DNA of 64,000 nt from Candidatus Stammera capleta. Its GTDB lineage: Bacteria; Pseudomonadota; Gammaproteobacteria; Enterobacterales; Enterobacteriaceae. Each line of letters opens with the position of its first letter. The stretch's first letter is position 1. The position numbers were made by a program, and so were the translations under genes. Shown here piece after piece: positions 20,730 through 31,955 of the stretch. Location of the stretch: positions 159,578 through 223,577 of the forward strand of contig CP144793.1 of the NCBI GenBank assembly GCA_036689325.1. The letters run 5' to 3'. A model generated the notes under the pieces. The model ran no database searches and was not told where the DNA came from. It saw only the letters and a program-made list of their open reading frames with translations.

Positions 20730-22089
20730 CAAAGAAACAATATTTGCTCAATCTACTCCAATTGGAAATGGAGGTATAGGAATAATTAAAATATCAGGCA
20801 AAAAATCTAAACAAATAGCAATTAAAATATTAGGTAAAATACCTAAAACAAGATATGCTGAATACCTTAAATTTAAAAATATTAAAGGAAAAATAATAGA
20901 TTTCGGTATAGCTATTTATTATAAAAAACCAAATTCTTATACTGGTGAAGATATATTAGAATTACATACTCATGGAGGTCAAAAAATAATAGAAACTATT
21001 ATAGAAAATATAATCAAATTAAAAATTAAAAACACAAGAATCGCAAAACCAGGAGAATTTACAGAAAGAGCTTTTTTAAATAAAAAAATTAATCTAATAC
21101 AAGCTGAATCTATTCATAATATGATTTATGCTAATTCTAAATATGAACTATATTCAGCAATAAAATCATTTCAAGGAAAATCATCTAAAAAAATAAAATT
21201 TTTAATAAAAAAAATAAAAAAAGTTAATATTTTATTAGAAAAAGAAATAAATTTTACAGAACAAGACAACCAAGAATTACATAAAAAAATAAAATTAGAT
21301 ATTAAATCTATATATAAACATTTTAAATTAACATACAAAATTTTCAAAAAAAATAAAAATATAAATAATAATAATTTTAAAATTATAATTGTAGGACAAC
21401 CCAATGTAGGTAAATCAAGTTTAATGAATAAAATAACAAATAAAAAAACATCTATAGTTACTAATATACCAGGTACAACAAGAGATATTATTAAAGAATA
21501 TTTTTATATAAAAAATATCCCTATACAAATTACAGATACTGCTGGTATACACAAAACTAATAATAAAATAGAAATATTAGGTATAAAAAAAATATGGAAA
21601 CAAATTAAACAAACTCAAATTATATTATTTTTAACTGATGCTAGAAATATAAACGAACAAAATATTATACAAGAATATAACAATATAATTAATATAAAAA
21701 AAAATAAAATTATATTTTTAATAAGAAATAAAATTGATTTAACACAAGAAAAATTTAAAATTAAAAAAAAAAAAAAATATATTATTATAAATATATCTAT
21801 TAAAAACAATATAGGAATAAAAAAAATATTAAATATAATAAAAAAAAAAATAAAAAAAATAAATAATACTGAAAATAATTTTATTGTTCACAAAAGACAA
21901 ATAATATTAATGAAAAAATCTCTTAAATATATTCAATTTATATACAATAATAATCATATTAGTTTAGATATTATTTTAGAATATTTATTATTAAGTCAAC
22001 AAAAATTAGAAGAATTATTAGGTAAAAACATTACAAATTCAAATAAAATCCTAAAAAATATATTCTCTAAATTTTGCGTAGGTAAATAA
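20722..22089 (+). CDS. mnmE: tRNA modification GTPase MnmE
   Basis: 455 aa. ETIFAQSTPIGNGGIGIIKISG, GQPNVGKSSLMN, DTAG and the C-terminal FCVGK. Confidence 0.95.
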   Translation: MVNKETIFAQSTPIGNGGIGIIKISGKKSKQIAIKILGKIPKTRYAEYLKFKNIKGKIIDFGIAIYYKKPNSYTGEDILELHTHGGQKIIETIIENIIKLKIKNTRIAKPGEFTERAFLNKKINLIQAESIHNMIYANSKYELYSAIKSFQGKSSKKIKFLIKKIKKVNILLEKEINFTEQDNQELHKKIKLDIKSIYKHFKLTYKIFKKNKNINNNNFKIIIVGQPNVGKSSLMNKITNKKTSIVTNIPGTTRDIIKEYFYIKNIPIQITDTAGIHKTNNKIEILGIKKIWKQIKQTQIILFLTDARNINEQNIIQEYNNIINIKKNKIIFLIRNKIDLTQEKFKIKKKKKYIIINISIKNNIGIKKILNIIKKKIKKINNTENNFIVHKRQIILMKKSLKYIQFIYNNNHISLDIILEYLLLSQQKLEELLGKNITNSNKILKNIFSKFCVGK

Positions 22090-22105
22090 TAAACATTATC
22101 TTATA

Positions 22106-23059
22106 ATGAAAAATAAATTATATATAAAAAAAAAAATAATTATTCAAAAAAATTTTAAAAATAATAGACTTGATTTAATTTTAAAATTATTTCTAAAAAG
22201 TTTTTCTAGAAATAAAATTAAAAATTTTATAAAAAATAAAAAAGTAACAGTTAATAACAATATATGTGAAAAACCTAGTAAAAAAATAAAAAAAAAAGAT
22301 TTAATTAATATTAGAATAAAAATTCCTACCAAAAACATTCTATTTAAAAGCAAAATACCTTTAAATAAAGTATACGAAGATAATTTTTTATTAATAATAA
22401 ATAAAGAAAAAAATAAAGTAGTTCATCCAGGAGCAGGTAATAATAAAAATACATTATTAAATTCTATTATTTTTTATTACCCTGAAATGCAACACCTTTA
22501 TAGAGGTGGTATTATTCATAGACTAGATAAAGATACAACAGGTTTATTAATTATAGCTAAAAATTTATATATATATAAATTATTAAAAAAACAAATGAAA
22601 AAAAGAAAAATTATAAGAATTTATAAAACCATAGTTTTCGGAAAAATAATATCTGACGGATTAATAGATAAACCTATTTGTAGACATAAATATAAACGTA
22701 AAACTATGACAGTAAATAAAAAAAAAGGAAGAAAAGCAGTTACCTATTTTAAAGTAATAGAAAATTTTTCCTTTTGTACTTTATTAAAAGTTCAGTTACA
22801 TACAGGCAGAACACATCAAATAAGAGTACATATGCATTATATAAAACATCCTATTATAGGAGAAAAAACATATATTAATAAAAACATTAAAAAAAATATA
22901 CCTAAAATATTTAAAAAACAAATTGAAATTTTAAATAGACAAGCTTTACATGCATCTACTTTAATATTTAAACATCCTTATTATAAAAAAAAAATTATAA
23001 TAAATTCACCTTTACCTAAAGATATATATAATCTTATTTTTACTCTTAGAAATACATAG
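22106..23059 (+). CDS. rluD: 23S rRNA pseudouridine synthase D (RluA family)
   Basis: 317 aa. VYEDNFLLIINKEKNKVVHPGAGN, HRLDKDTTGLLIIAKN, TGRTHQIRVHM and RQALHA are collinear with E. coli RluD. Confidence 0.88.
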   Translation: MKNKLYIKKKIIIQKNFKNNRLDLILKLFLKSFSRNKIKNFIKNKKVTVNNNICEKPSKKIKKKDLINIRIKIPTKNILFKSKIPLNKVYEDNFLLIINKEKNKVVHPGAGNNKNTLLNSIIFYYPEMQHLYRGGIIHRLDKDTTGLLIIAKNLYIYKLLKKQMKKRKIIRIYKTIVFGKIISDGLIDKPICRHKYKRKTMTVNKKKGRKAVTYFKVIENFSFCTLLKVQLHTGRTHQIRVHMHYIKHPIIGEKTYINKNIKKNIPKIFKKQIEILNRQALHASTLIFKHPYYKKKIIINSPLPKDIYNLIFTLRNT

Positions 23060-23073
23060 AATATAATATTTAT

Positions 23074-23487
23074 TTATATTATACTTTCAAACCATCTTTC
23101 TAAAATAAGCACTGCAGAAACACTATGTATATTATATACACTATTTCTGAATAAATTTTTACCTCTTTTTATAATATAATAAGATTCATAAGAAGTATAA
23201 CTTTCATCAACCAATATAATCTTTAAAAAAAATTTTTTATTTAAATTATTTACAAAAATATCAGTATAATTACAAATTTTTTTAGATTGATGTTTTTTTT
23301 TTAAAAAAGAGTAACCAACAATAACTTTTTTAATTAACCAAATATTTATTAAATTTTTTATTTCATCCCAATTAGGTACACCATTTTTAGCTTTAATACA
23401 TCCTATAGGGTTAGCTGTTTTTGTGATAAACTGACCAATAGCTACCCCAATATTATTTACTCCAAAATCAAAACTCATTATAAACAT
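23074..23487 (-). CDS. ruvX: YqgF/RuvX family putative pre-16S rRNA nuclease
   Basis: 137 aa. SFDFGVNNIGVAIGQ.IT.TANP and the C-terminal SAVLILERWFE compare with E. coli AFDFGTKSIGVAVGQ and SASAVIILESYFE. Confidence 0.9.
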   Translation of the reverse strand: MFIMSFDFGVNNIGVAIGQFITKTANPIGCIKAKNGVPNWDEIKNLINIWLIKKVIVGYSFLKKKHQSKKICNYTDIFVNNLNKKFFLKIILVDESYTSYESYYIIKRGKNLFRNSVYNIHSVSAVLILERWFESII

Positions 23488-23565
23488 AATTTTTATTATT
23501 TATTTATTAATACCAAATATTTATTAACTTTATTAAAATTTCCTATTAAACTATAATTAATTACA

Positions 23566-24984
23566 TTATTGCTCTAATATTTTTTGAAATAATTTAGTCA
23601 AATTATATTTCGCATCTCCTAATAATATTCTAGAATTTTTATTAGAAAATAATGGATTATAAATATTAGTATAACCAGTATTTAAATTTACACTTCTTTT
23701 TAAAATAATTAGTTTTTTACTTTCCCATACTTTTAAAACAGGCATAGTATATAAAGAACATTTTTTATCATAACAAGCTCTAGGATTAACTATATCACTA
23801 GCGCCAATAATTATAACTAAATCGGTATTTTTAAAATAACTATTTATATCATGTAAATTATAGATAGTGTTACTATCTATACGAGCTTCAGATAATAAAA
23901 TATTCATATGTCCAGGTAATCTTCCAGCTACTGGGTGTATAGCAAATCTTATTTTTTTTACTGAAAACTTTTTTCTTAAAATATTTATAATATCACTAAC
24001 TATAAAATGAGCTTGAGATATTGCCATGCCATAACCAGGAACAATAATAATAGATTGAGCAGACATTGTTTCTCTTACTACTTCATTAATATTAATAAAA
24101 TTAAAGACTGTATTTCTTTTTAAATTTAACTTCTTTTTATATAATTTTATTCCTTTAAAACAAAAAAAACCACTAAAAATAACTTTTAACACTGATTGTT
24201 TCATGGATTTACACATTTCATGTGCTAAAAAAAACCCAGAAAACCCGACAATAGATCCTATAACAATTAGTAAATTATTTTTTAATAAAAAACCAGAAAA
24301 CATTGCAGACCAACCTGAACAGGAATTTAAGATAGATATAAAAATAGGAATATTAGAAGATTTAACATTACTTATTAAGTTAATACCTAAAATTAAACTA
24401 CACATAAATATAATGAAAAAACACAATATTATATTTTTAAAAGTAGATAAACTTAAAAAAATCAAACATAATATTAATAATATAATAATATTTATATATT
24501 TTATATTTTTGTTGTTAATATAAAAATTTTTCAAAAAATAACTATTATTAGTTAATATAAAATATGAAAAAGCAGAACAAATAAAAGTTATACTACTAGT
24601 GACATTATTTAAATAAAGTTCAAACAAATAAAATTTAGTTAAATAATTTTTCAAAATATATAATGTATATATATCATTTATACTTATTAAAAATGATGAT
24701 AAACCAACAAAACTATGTAAAATTGCTATTAGTTCTGGAATATTAATAATAGTAATATTTCTACAAAAATAAAAACTTAAAAATATTCCTATTAATAAAA
24801 TTAACACAGTAAATAAAAATGTAAAAATTTTACATATTAGCAATAAATTTATTATTAATGAAATTAAAATACCTATAACACCTAAAATAAAACTAAAAAA
24901 AATACTTTTTTTAGAAAAATAATAAAAACAAAAAACACAAAATAAAATAGAAAAAACATCAAATATATAAAAATATTTGGTCAT
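23566..24984 (-). CDS. pntB: NAD(P) transhydrogenase subunit beta
   Basis: 472 aa. PELIAILHSFVGLS, PGYGMAISQAH, HPVAGRLPGHMNILLSEA and GDAK. Confidence 0.95.
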   Translation of the reverse strand: MTKYFYIFDVFSILFCVFCFYYFSKKSIFFSFILGVIGILISLIINLLLICKIFTFLFTVLILLIGIFLSFYFCRNITIINIPELIAILHSFVGLSSFLISINDIYTLYILKNYLTKFYLFELYLNNVTSSITFICSAFSYFILTNNSYFLKNFYINNKNIKYINIIILLILCLIFLSLSTFKNIILCFFIIFMCSLILGINLISNVKSSNIPIFISILNSCSGWSAMFSGFLLKNNLLIVIGSIVGFSGFFLAHEMCKSMKQSVLKVIFSGFFCFKGIKLYKKKLNLKRNTVFNFININEVVRETMSAQSIIIVPGYGMAISQAHFIVSDIINILRKKFSVKKIRFAIHPVAGRLPGHMNILLSEARIDSNTIYNLHDINSYFKNTDLVIIIGASDIVNPRACYDKKCSLYTMPVLKVWESKKLIILKRSVNLNTGYTNIYNPLFSNKNSRILLGDAKYNLTKLFQKILEQ

Positions 24985-25002
24985 ATAAATACCATCTATA
25001 AA

Positions 25003-26472
25003 TCATTGTTTATAATTAATAATTTTTATCATTTTGTATGTAATAAAAAAACCTGAAAATATACTTATACTAGATAATAAAAGAGACATTAAAGATATTA
25101 AATTAACATAACAATTATCAAACATACTAAGTTGTATTAAAGAACCCACAGCTATTATCCCTGAAATAGCATTAGTAAATGATATTAAAGGTGTATGTAG
25201 AAAAAAATCTATTTTACTAATAGTAATATATCCTATAATAAAAGAAAATAACAATATCACAAAATAATATAATATATTTAAATTATTAAAACCATATAAA
25301 GGAGGTATAAATAATAGAAATATAAAAATAAACATAACTAAAGGAAAGATACTAATTTTCTTTAAACAATATTTTACAAAATCATTTTGTTTTTTATATT
25401 TTAAATTTTTTATACTTTGAATATTTTTTCTGTATGTACCTTGTGTTGTTAACAAAATATTACTTTCTCCTAATTTTTTTAACAACGCAAATATATTATT
25501 AATATCATTACTATATAATAATTTAATAAAATTTATTATATTATTACTGTATAATTCAGAAGTTAAACTTGGCATTAAATTAGAAAAATCTAAATATCCT
25601 AAAATATGAACTTTATTTTTATAAAAATAACATTTATTCAAAACAGATAATTCACAATTACCTCCATTTCTCATAGCAAGATCTACTATTACACTATTTT
25701 TTTTCATAAGTTTAATTATATTTAAAGTTATTAAATTAGGACATTTAAATGTTTTTTTAAAACTAGAAACACAACAAATAATTATATCAAAATTATGTAT
25801 TTCCTTTAATAAATACATATTTAAATCATTTAAAAATAAAAATTTTGCACCTAAACTCTTTGCAGATTTACTACTATTTTTATTTATATCATAACAAAAA
25901 ACTTCAGCACCTAAAGATTTGGCAACACTGACAGCCGATAAACCTGCAATACTCATTCCTAAAATTAACACTTTAGCACAAGGTGTCTCTCCTGCAGCAG
26001 TTATTTGTCTAGAAAAAAATCTTTTATATATATATATAGCTTCAATTACCGCTCTATAACCAGCAACATTAGAAATAGAACTTAATACATCAAAAGATTG
26101 ACTACTAGATGTTCGAGAAAGATTATCTAAACTAATTAAAGTTATCTGTTTTTTGATAAATATATTTTTATAATTTTCATAATTATCTTCAAAAGACAAA
26201 CAAATAACAATACTATTATGAAGCAAATATTTAAAAAAAAAATTATAAAAATATATTCCAATAATAATATTGCTTTTTAAAACAGTAACATAATCGGTAA
26301 CTATAGCACCATACTTTTTATATTCTTCGTTACTAAAACCAGCTAATAAACCAGCATTTTTTTGTATATTAACTAAAAAACCTAATTTACATAAAATTTG
26401 CACAGATTTAGGTATTAATGAAACACGATTTTCTCCCAAACATTTTTCTTTAATAACTCCTAAAGTTATCAT
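25003..26472 (-). CDS. pntA: NAD(P) transhydrogenase subunit alpha
   Basis: 489 aa. SSQSFDVLSSISNVAGYRAVIEA, QITAAG, VDLAMRNGGNCE and HTPLISFTNAISGIIAVG. Confidence 0.95.
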   Translation of the reverse strand: MITLGVIKEKCLGENRVSLIPKSVQILCKLGFLVNIQKNAGLLAGFSNEEYKKYGAIVTDYVTVLKSNIIIGIYFYNFFFKYLLHNSIVICLSFEDNYENYKNIFIKKQITLISLDNLSRTSSSQSFDVLSSISNVAGYRAVIEAIYIYKRFFSRQITAAGETPCAKVLILGMSIAGLSAVSVAKSLGAEVFCYDINKNSSKSAKSLGAKFLFLNDLNMYLLKEIHNFDIIICCVSSFKKTFKCPNLITLNIIKLMKKNSVIVDLAMRNGGNCELSVLNKCYFYKNKVHILGYLDFSNLMPSLTSELYSNNIINFIKLLYSNDINNIFALLKKLGESNILLTTQGTYRKNIQSIKNLKYKKQNDFVKYCLKKISIFPLVMFIFIFLLFIPPLYGFNNLNILYYFVILLFSFIIGYITISKIDFFLHTPLISFTNAISGIIAVGSLIQLSMFDNCYVNLISLMSLLLSSISIFSGFFITYKMIKIINYKQ

Positions 26473-26592
26473 ATAAAATCCTTTATAAAATTAAAAATTT
26501 TTCATTTAATCAAAACAGTTATATAATAACATAAAATATGTTATTTATTTTAATAAAAAAATTTTTAAAAAAAATTAATATAGGTAATAAAT

Positions 26593-27588
26593 ATGGAAAA
26601 AATAATATTTTTTAGTAGTGCAAAATATGAAAGAAAATACTTTTTAAAAACAAATAAAAAATATAATTTTTCATTAAAATTTACAACAAAACAATTAAAC
26701 AAAAAAAATATGAAATTAGCTAAAGGTTTTAATCATATTTGTATATTTGTTAATGACAATGCTTATGATAAAAAAATTATACAATACTTAAAAAAAATTA
26801 ACATTAAATCTATTAATTTAAGATGTACAGGATTTAATAATGTTAATTTAACATTAACAAATAAACACAATATTAAAATAACCCATGTTAAATCATATTC
26901 ACCTCAATCTATAGCAGAATTTACTATTGGTTTAATTTTAAATTTAACAAGAAAAATACATCATGCTTATCAACACACAATAAGTAAAAACTTTACATTA
27001 GACTATCTTGTTGGAACTAATATAAACAAAAAAACCATTGGAATTATAGGTACTGGTACAATAGGTAAAAGAGTAATAAAAATATTAAAAGGATTTGAAG
27101 CTAAAATAATAGCTTTTGATATAATAAAATCCCCAGAAGTAGAAAAAATTGGAGTTAAATATGTCAGTTTAAAAACTATATATAAAAAATCTAATATCAT
27201 TAGTTTACATTGCCCATACAATAAAGAAAATTATCATATGATAAATAAAAAAACTTTAAAATTATGTAAGAAAAATTTAATTCTTATAAACACAAGTAGA
27301 GGAGAATTAATAGACACAAAAGCAGTAATTAAATATATAAAAAACAAAAAAATTCAATCTCTAGGTTTAGATGTATATGAATATGAAAAAAAAGTTTTTT
27401 TTCAAAATAAGTTTAATAAAATCATACAAGATGATAATTTAAACTTATTATTATCATTTAATAATGTTTTATTAACAAGTCATCAAGCTTTTTTAACTAA
27501 AGAATCATTGATAAATATATCTAAAATTACACTCAACAATATATATAAAATATCTTCTAACAAAAAATGTTTAAATATTATAAAATAA
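26593..27588 (+). CDS. ldhA: D-lactate dehydrogenase / D-isomer-specific 2-hydroxyacid dehydrogenase
   Basis: 331 aa, collinear with E. coli LdhA. Shared segments: ICIFVNDN, LRCTGFNNV, GIIGTGTIGK, ISLHCP, NTSRGELID, LGLDVYE and TSHQAFLT. Confidence 0.9.
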   Translation: MEKIIFFSSAKYERKYFLKTNKKYNFSLKFTTKQLNKKNMKLAKGFNHICIFVNDNAYDKKIIQYLKKINIKSINLRCTGFNNVNLTLTNKHNIKITHVKSYSPQSIAEFTIGLILNLTRKIHHAYQHTISKNFTLDYLVGTNINKKTIGIIGTGTIGKRVIKILKGFEAKIIAFDIIKSPEVEKIGVKYVSLKTIYKKSNIISLHCPYNKENYHMINKKTLKLCKKNLILINTSRGELIDTKAVIKYIKNKKIQSLGLDVYEYEKKVFFQNKFNKIIQDDNLNLLLSFNNVLLTSHQAFLTKESLINISKITLNNIYKISSNKKCLNIIK

Positions 27589-27601
27589 TTAACTTATTCT
27601 A

Positions 27602-28972
27602 ATGAATAAACATACCTATAAAGAAGGATTTTACACCAAAATCAAATCCAATACTTTTAAACAAGGAATAAACAAAAAAATTATAAAAAAAATTTCCCAA
27701 ATAAGAAATGAACCATCATGGTTACTTTGTTTTAGATTAAAAGCATATAAAATATGGAAAAAAATGAAAGAACCTCATTGGTTAAATGGAAAATATAAAA
27801 AAATAAATTATCAAAAATATATATATTATTCAGCTCCTAAAAAAAAACAATCTCACAAAATTAAAAAAACATTTCAAAAATTAGGAATAAATTTAACAAA
27901 AAAATCAAACACTGCAGTTGATGCAATATTTGATTCTATATCTGTTATAACTACATATCAAAAAAAATTATCTAAATTAGGTATTATTTTTTGTTCATTA
28001 AAAGAAGCTATAATAAAATATAGTAAAATAGTAAAAAAATACTTATGTAGTGTGGTACCTATTAACGATAATTTTTATGCTGCATTAAACGCAGCAGTAT
28101 TTTCTGACGGAACATTTATTTTAATTCCTAAAAATGTTAAATGTCCTATAGATTTATCCACATATTTTAGAATAAATACATCTAAATCAGGACAATTTGA
28201 AAGAACTATTATTATAGTACAAAGTAATAGTAGTCTAAAATATATAGAAGGATGTTCTGCTCCAATTAAAAAACAACATCAATTACATGCTGCTGTTATA
28301 GAAATTATTTTATATAAAAATGCAAAATTACAATATGTAACAATACAAAATTGGTTTCCTGGTAAAAACTTAAAAAAAAATGGTATATTAAATTTCGTTA
28401 CAAAAAGAGCTATATGTAAAAAAAAAAATAGTCAAATGTCATGGATACAGATAGAATTAGGTTCTGCAATTAATTGGAAATATCCTAGTATCATCTTAAA
28501 AGGTAATAATTCTATAGGTAATTTTTTCTCAATATCTATTACTAAATTACAACAACAATATGATACTGGAACAAAAATTATACATATAGGAAAAAAAACA
28601 AAATCATTAATTTTAACAAAAAGTATATCTACTGAGAAAAGTAAAAATACATATAGAAGCCTTGTAAAAATAAAAAAAAACGCTGATAAATCAAAAAATT
28701 TCACACAATGTGATTCTTTAATTATAGGTAATCAAGCAAAAGCTTATACTTTTCCTTGTATTAAAATTAATAATACTAATAGTATTATAGAACATGAAGC
28801 AAGTTCGTGTTACATTAAGAAAGAACAAATATTTTACCTTTTAACTAGAGGTATTAACAAAAAAAAAGCCATTTCAATGATTTTATATGGTTTTTGTGAA
28901 GACATAATGAATATGTTACCAACAGATTATAAATTAGAAATAAAAGATTTAATTTCTAAAAAAAATATTTGA
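27602..28972 (+). CDS. sufB: Fe-S cluster assembly scaffold SufB
   Basis: 456 aa. YIEGCSAP and IEHEAS...KEQIFYLLTRGI, in operon context with sufCDSE. Confidence 0.93.
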   Translation: MNKHTYKEGFYTKIKSNTFKQGINKKIIKKISQIRNEPSWLLCFRLKAYKIWKKMKEPHWLNGKYKKINYQKYIYYSAPKKKQSHKIKKTFQKLGINLTKKSNTAVDAIFDSISVITTYQKKLSKLGIIFCSLKEAIIKYSKIVKKYLCSVVPINDNFYAALNAAVFSDGTFILIPKNVKCPIDLSTYFRINTSKSGQFERTIIIVQSNSSLKYIEGCSAPIKKQHQLHAAVIEIILYKNAKLQYVTIQNWFPGKNLKKNGILNFVTKRAICKKKNSQMSWIQIELGSAINWKYPSIILKGNNSIGNFFSISITKLQQQYDTGTKIIHIGKKTKSLILTKSISTEKSKNTYRSLVKIKKNADKSKNFTQCDSLIIGNQAKAYTFPCIKINNTNSIIEHEASSCYIKKEQIFYLLTRGINKKKAISMILYGFCEDIMNMLPTDYKLEIKDLISKKNI

Positions 28973-28989
28973 AAATAATTTAAAAAAAT

Positions 28990-29742
28990 ATGAATATATT
29001 AGATATCAAAAATTTATATGTCAAAATTAAAGATAATACTATTATTAATAATTTAAACTTAAAAATACCTTACGGACAAACCCATGTTATAATGGGACCA
29101 AACGGATCAGGTAAAAGTACTTTATCTTTAGTAATCACTGGAGATAATAAATACAAAATAATAAAAGGGTCAATAAAATTTAAAAACAAAGATATAAAAA
29201 AATATTCTCCAGATAAAAGAAGTAAAAAAGGTATATTCACAATCTTGCAAAAACATATAGAAATACCAGGATTAAATAATAGATATTTTTTATATAAGTC
29301 TTTAAATACTATTAGAGAATATAACAAAAAAAAAAAATTAAATTCTTTACAATTTACTAAAAAATTAAAAAAAAATATAAAACTATTGAATTTTCCTTTA
29401 AAACTGTTAAGTAGATCTGTTAATAAAGGTTTTTCAGGTGGAGAAAGAAAAAAAAATGATATTTTACAAATGTTGTTAATAAAACCAAAACTAATTATTT
29501 TAGATGAAATAGATTCTGGATTAGATATAGATACATTTAAAAATATATGTAATTTACTAAATAAATTTCAAAATAAAAAAAGATCTTTTTTAATTATTAC
29601 TCATTCTCATAAAATGTTTAAATATTTAAATATCGATTTAGTACATATTTTATACAATGGAAAAATCATCAAATCCGATTACAAAGAAATCATTAGTATG
29701 ATAGAAAACAAAGGTTATGATTGCTTTATATCAAAAAAATAA
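28990..29742 (+). CDS. sufC: Fe-S cluster assembly ATPase SufC
   Basis: 250 aa. Walker A GPNGSGKST, ABC signature FSGGERKK and Walker B LIILDEIDSGLD. Confidence 0.95.
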   Translation: MNILDIKNLYVKIKDNTIINNLNLKIPYGQTHVIMGPNGSGKSTLSLVITGDNKYKIIKGSIKFKNKDIKKYSPDKRSKKGIFTILQKHIEIPGLNNRYFLYKSLNTIREYNKKKKLNSLQFTKKLKKNIKLLNFPLKLLSRSVNKGFSGGERKKNDILQMLLIKPKLIILDEIDSGLDIDTFKNICNLLNKFQNKKRSFLIITHSHKMFKYLNIDLVHILYNGKIIKSDYKEIISMIENKGYDCFISKK

Positions 29743-30694
29743 AAATATTTTATACATATATAGAAAATATATTTTAAAAATTAAATCTAATAAAATAATT
29801 ATCAAAAATAATAAAATAATTTACATAGATAAAAATATTCATTATGACGTTATAAAAAATACAAAAAAAACAATACATTTTTTAAATATAAAAAAAAATC
29901 ATAATCCATTATATATAATAAATGTTATAAATAGTAAAAAAAAAGACTTCTTTTTTAAAATAAATATAAACAAAAATATAAATACATTCATATTAGAGCA
30001 TAATTTATGTTTAAAAAAAACAAATAAAATAAATTTTTTTAATTTCAAAAACAATATAAAAATAAAAAAACATTCTCATATTACTTATATAAGAATAATT
30101 TACTTAAACAAATCTACTTCCTATAGATTAAAAGAAAATATAAAAATAAATAAATCTTCTTTTAAACAATATAATTTTGCTCTAAAATATAAAAAAATAC
30201 ATATTAAAATTAAATATTTTTTAAACAAATCTAATTTAGACATACAAAATTTTACTCTTTTACAAACTAAAAACAAATACAAATATATAAATAAAATATT
30301 ACAAACACAATCTATTAGCAAACAAAAACATAAAAACATATTTTCGGGAAAAAAAAATTATTATACATTTACAGGATTAACTTCAATAAAAAAAAAATCT
30401 ATAGCAAAAACAATTATTAAAAATTTATGTTTTAATAATAAAAAACCATCAATTAAAATATCTCCAAAATTTTCTATATATAATCAATATAGTAATTGTA
30501 AACATAAAGTAACAACAATTAAAATTAAAAAAGAACATATTTTTTATTTATTAAGTAGAGGTTTAAGTTTTGACATTAGTATTAAGATACTTTTACTCTG
30601 TTTTATAAAAAAAGATATAAAAAAAATCCAAAAATATAATAAAATACATAAATATATAGATAACATAATAACAAAACACATAAATATAAAATGA
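29717..30694 (+). CDS. sufD: Fe-S cluster assembly protein SufD (shortened)
   Basis: 325 aa (E. coli SufD is 423 aa). It sits between sufC and sufS and has the conserved C-terminal EHIFYLLSRGL. Confidence 0.8.
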   Translation: MIALYQKNKNILYIYRKYILKIKSNKIIIKNNKIIYIDKNIHYDVIKNTKKTIHFLNIKKNHNPLYIINVINSKKKDFFFKININKNINTFILEHNLCLKKTNKINFFNFKNNIKIKKHSHITYIRIIYLNKSTSYRLKENIKINKSSFKQYNFALKYKKIHIKIKYFLNKSNLDIQNFTLLQTKNKYKYINKILQTQSISKQKHKNIFSGKKNYYTFTGLTSIKKKSIAKTIIKNLCFNNKKPSIKISPKFSIYNQYSNCKHKVTTIKIKKEHIFYLLSRGLSFDISIKILLLCFIKKDIKKIQKYNKIHKYIDNIITKHINIK

Positions 30695-31941
30695 TTGGTT
30701 TAAATATAAAAAAAATAAGATTAGATTTTCCTATATTAAAAAAAAGAATTAATGGCAAAAGATTAATATATCTAGATAATGCTGCTACTTCACATAAACC
30801 TAAATGTGTAATAAAAAAACAAACATATCTATATAAAAATAATTATGCATCTATACATAGAGGGGTTTATACGTTAAGTAATATTATTACTAATAAAATA
30901 GAAGACATAAGAATAGAAATATCTAAATTTATAAATGCATCTACTCCAGAGGAAATAATTTTTGTTAGAGGAGCTACAGAAGGTATTAATTTAATTGCTA
31001 ATACTTGGGCAATAACAAATTTATCTAAACAAGATAATATTATTATTTCTATTATAGAACACCACGCAAATATAGTACCTTGGTATTTAATATCCCAAAA
31101 AATCGGATTTCAAATAAAACTATTAAAAATTAAAAAAAACGGCAATTTTGATTTAAAACAACTTAAAAATTTAATTGATAAAAATACAAAAATAGTTTCT
31201 CTTACTCATATATCAAATGTTTTAGGATTAATAAATCCTATAAAAAAAATTATTAAAATAATTCATCGATATAATAATAACATAATAACTGTTATAGATG
31301 GTTCACAAGCTATAGCACATCAAAAAATAAATGTAAAAAAAATTAATTGTGATTTTTATGTTTTCTCAAGTCATAAAATATATGGTCCTACAGGTGCTGG
31401 TATAGTTTATAATAAAAATAATATCTTAAAAGATATAATTCCATGGCAAGGTGGAGGAGGTATAGTAGCAAATATTAATTTAAATAATACTAAAAAAACT
31501 ATTAAAGATATTAAATTTATAAATGCACCATGGAAATTTGAAACTGGTTCTTTAAATATAGAATCTATAATAGGTTTAAGTGAAGCTATAAAATATATAC
31601 AAAAAATAGGTATAAATAATATCATCAATTATCAAAAAAAAATAATATCCTTTACATTAAATAAACTAAAATTATACAATAATGTTAAAATTTTAGGTGA
31701 AGGTAAAAGAATAAATATTATTTCCTTTAATATAAATAATCAAAATAGTTACGATATAGGTTGTTTGTTAGACCAACATGGTATAGCTATTAGAACAGGA
31801 CATCAATGTGCTATACCATTAATGAAATACTATAATATTAGTGGAATATGTAGACTATCTACTGCTATATATACTTCAAAAAAAGATATAAATCTATTCT
31901 TTTATTCATTAAAGAAAATTTTAAAAAAAATACAAATTTAG
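30691..31941 (+). CDS. sufS: cysteine desulfurase SufS
   Basis: 416 aa. YLDNAATS, FSSHKIYGPTGAGI (PLP-binding Lys) and RTGHQCAIPL (catalytic Cys). Confidence 0.95.
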   Translation: MIGLNIKKIRLDFPILKKRINGKRLIYLDNAATSHKPKCVIKKQTYLYKNNYASIHRGVYTLSNIITNKIEDIRIEISKFINASTPEEIIFVRGATEGINLIANTWAITNLSKQDNIIISIIEHHANIVPWYLISQKIGFQIKLLKIKKNGNFDLKQLKNLIDKNTKIVSLTHISNVLGLINPIKKIIKIIHRYNNNIITVIDGSQAIAHQKINVKKINCDFYVFSSHKIYGPTGAGIVYNKNNILKDIIPWQGGGGIVANINLNNTKKTIKDIKFINAPWKFETGSLNIESIIGLSEAIKYIQKIGINNIINYQKKIISFTLNKLKLYNNVKILGEGKRINIISFNINNQNSYDIGCLLDQHGIAIRTGHQCAIPLMKYYNISGICRLSTAIYTSKKDINLFFYSLKKILKKIQI

Positions 31942-31955
31942 TTTTTTTATAAAAA

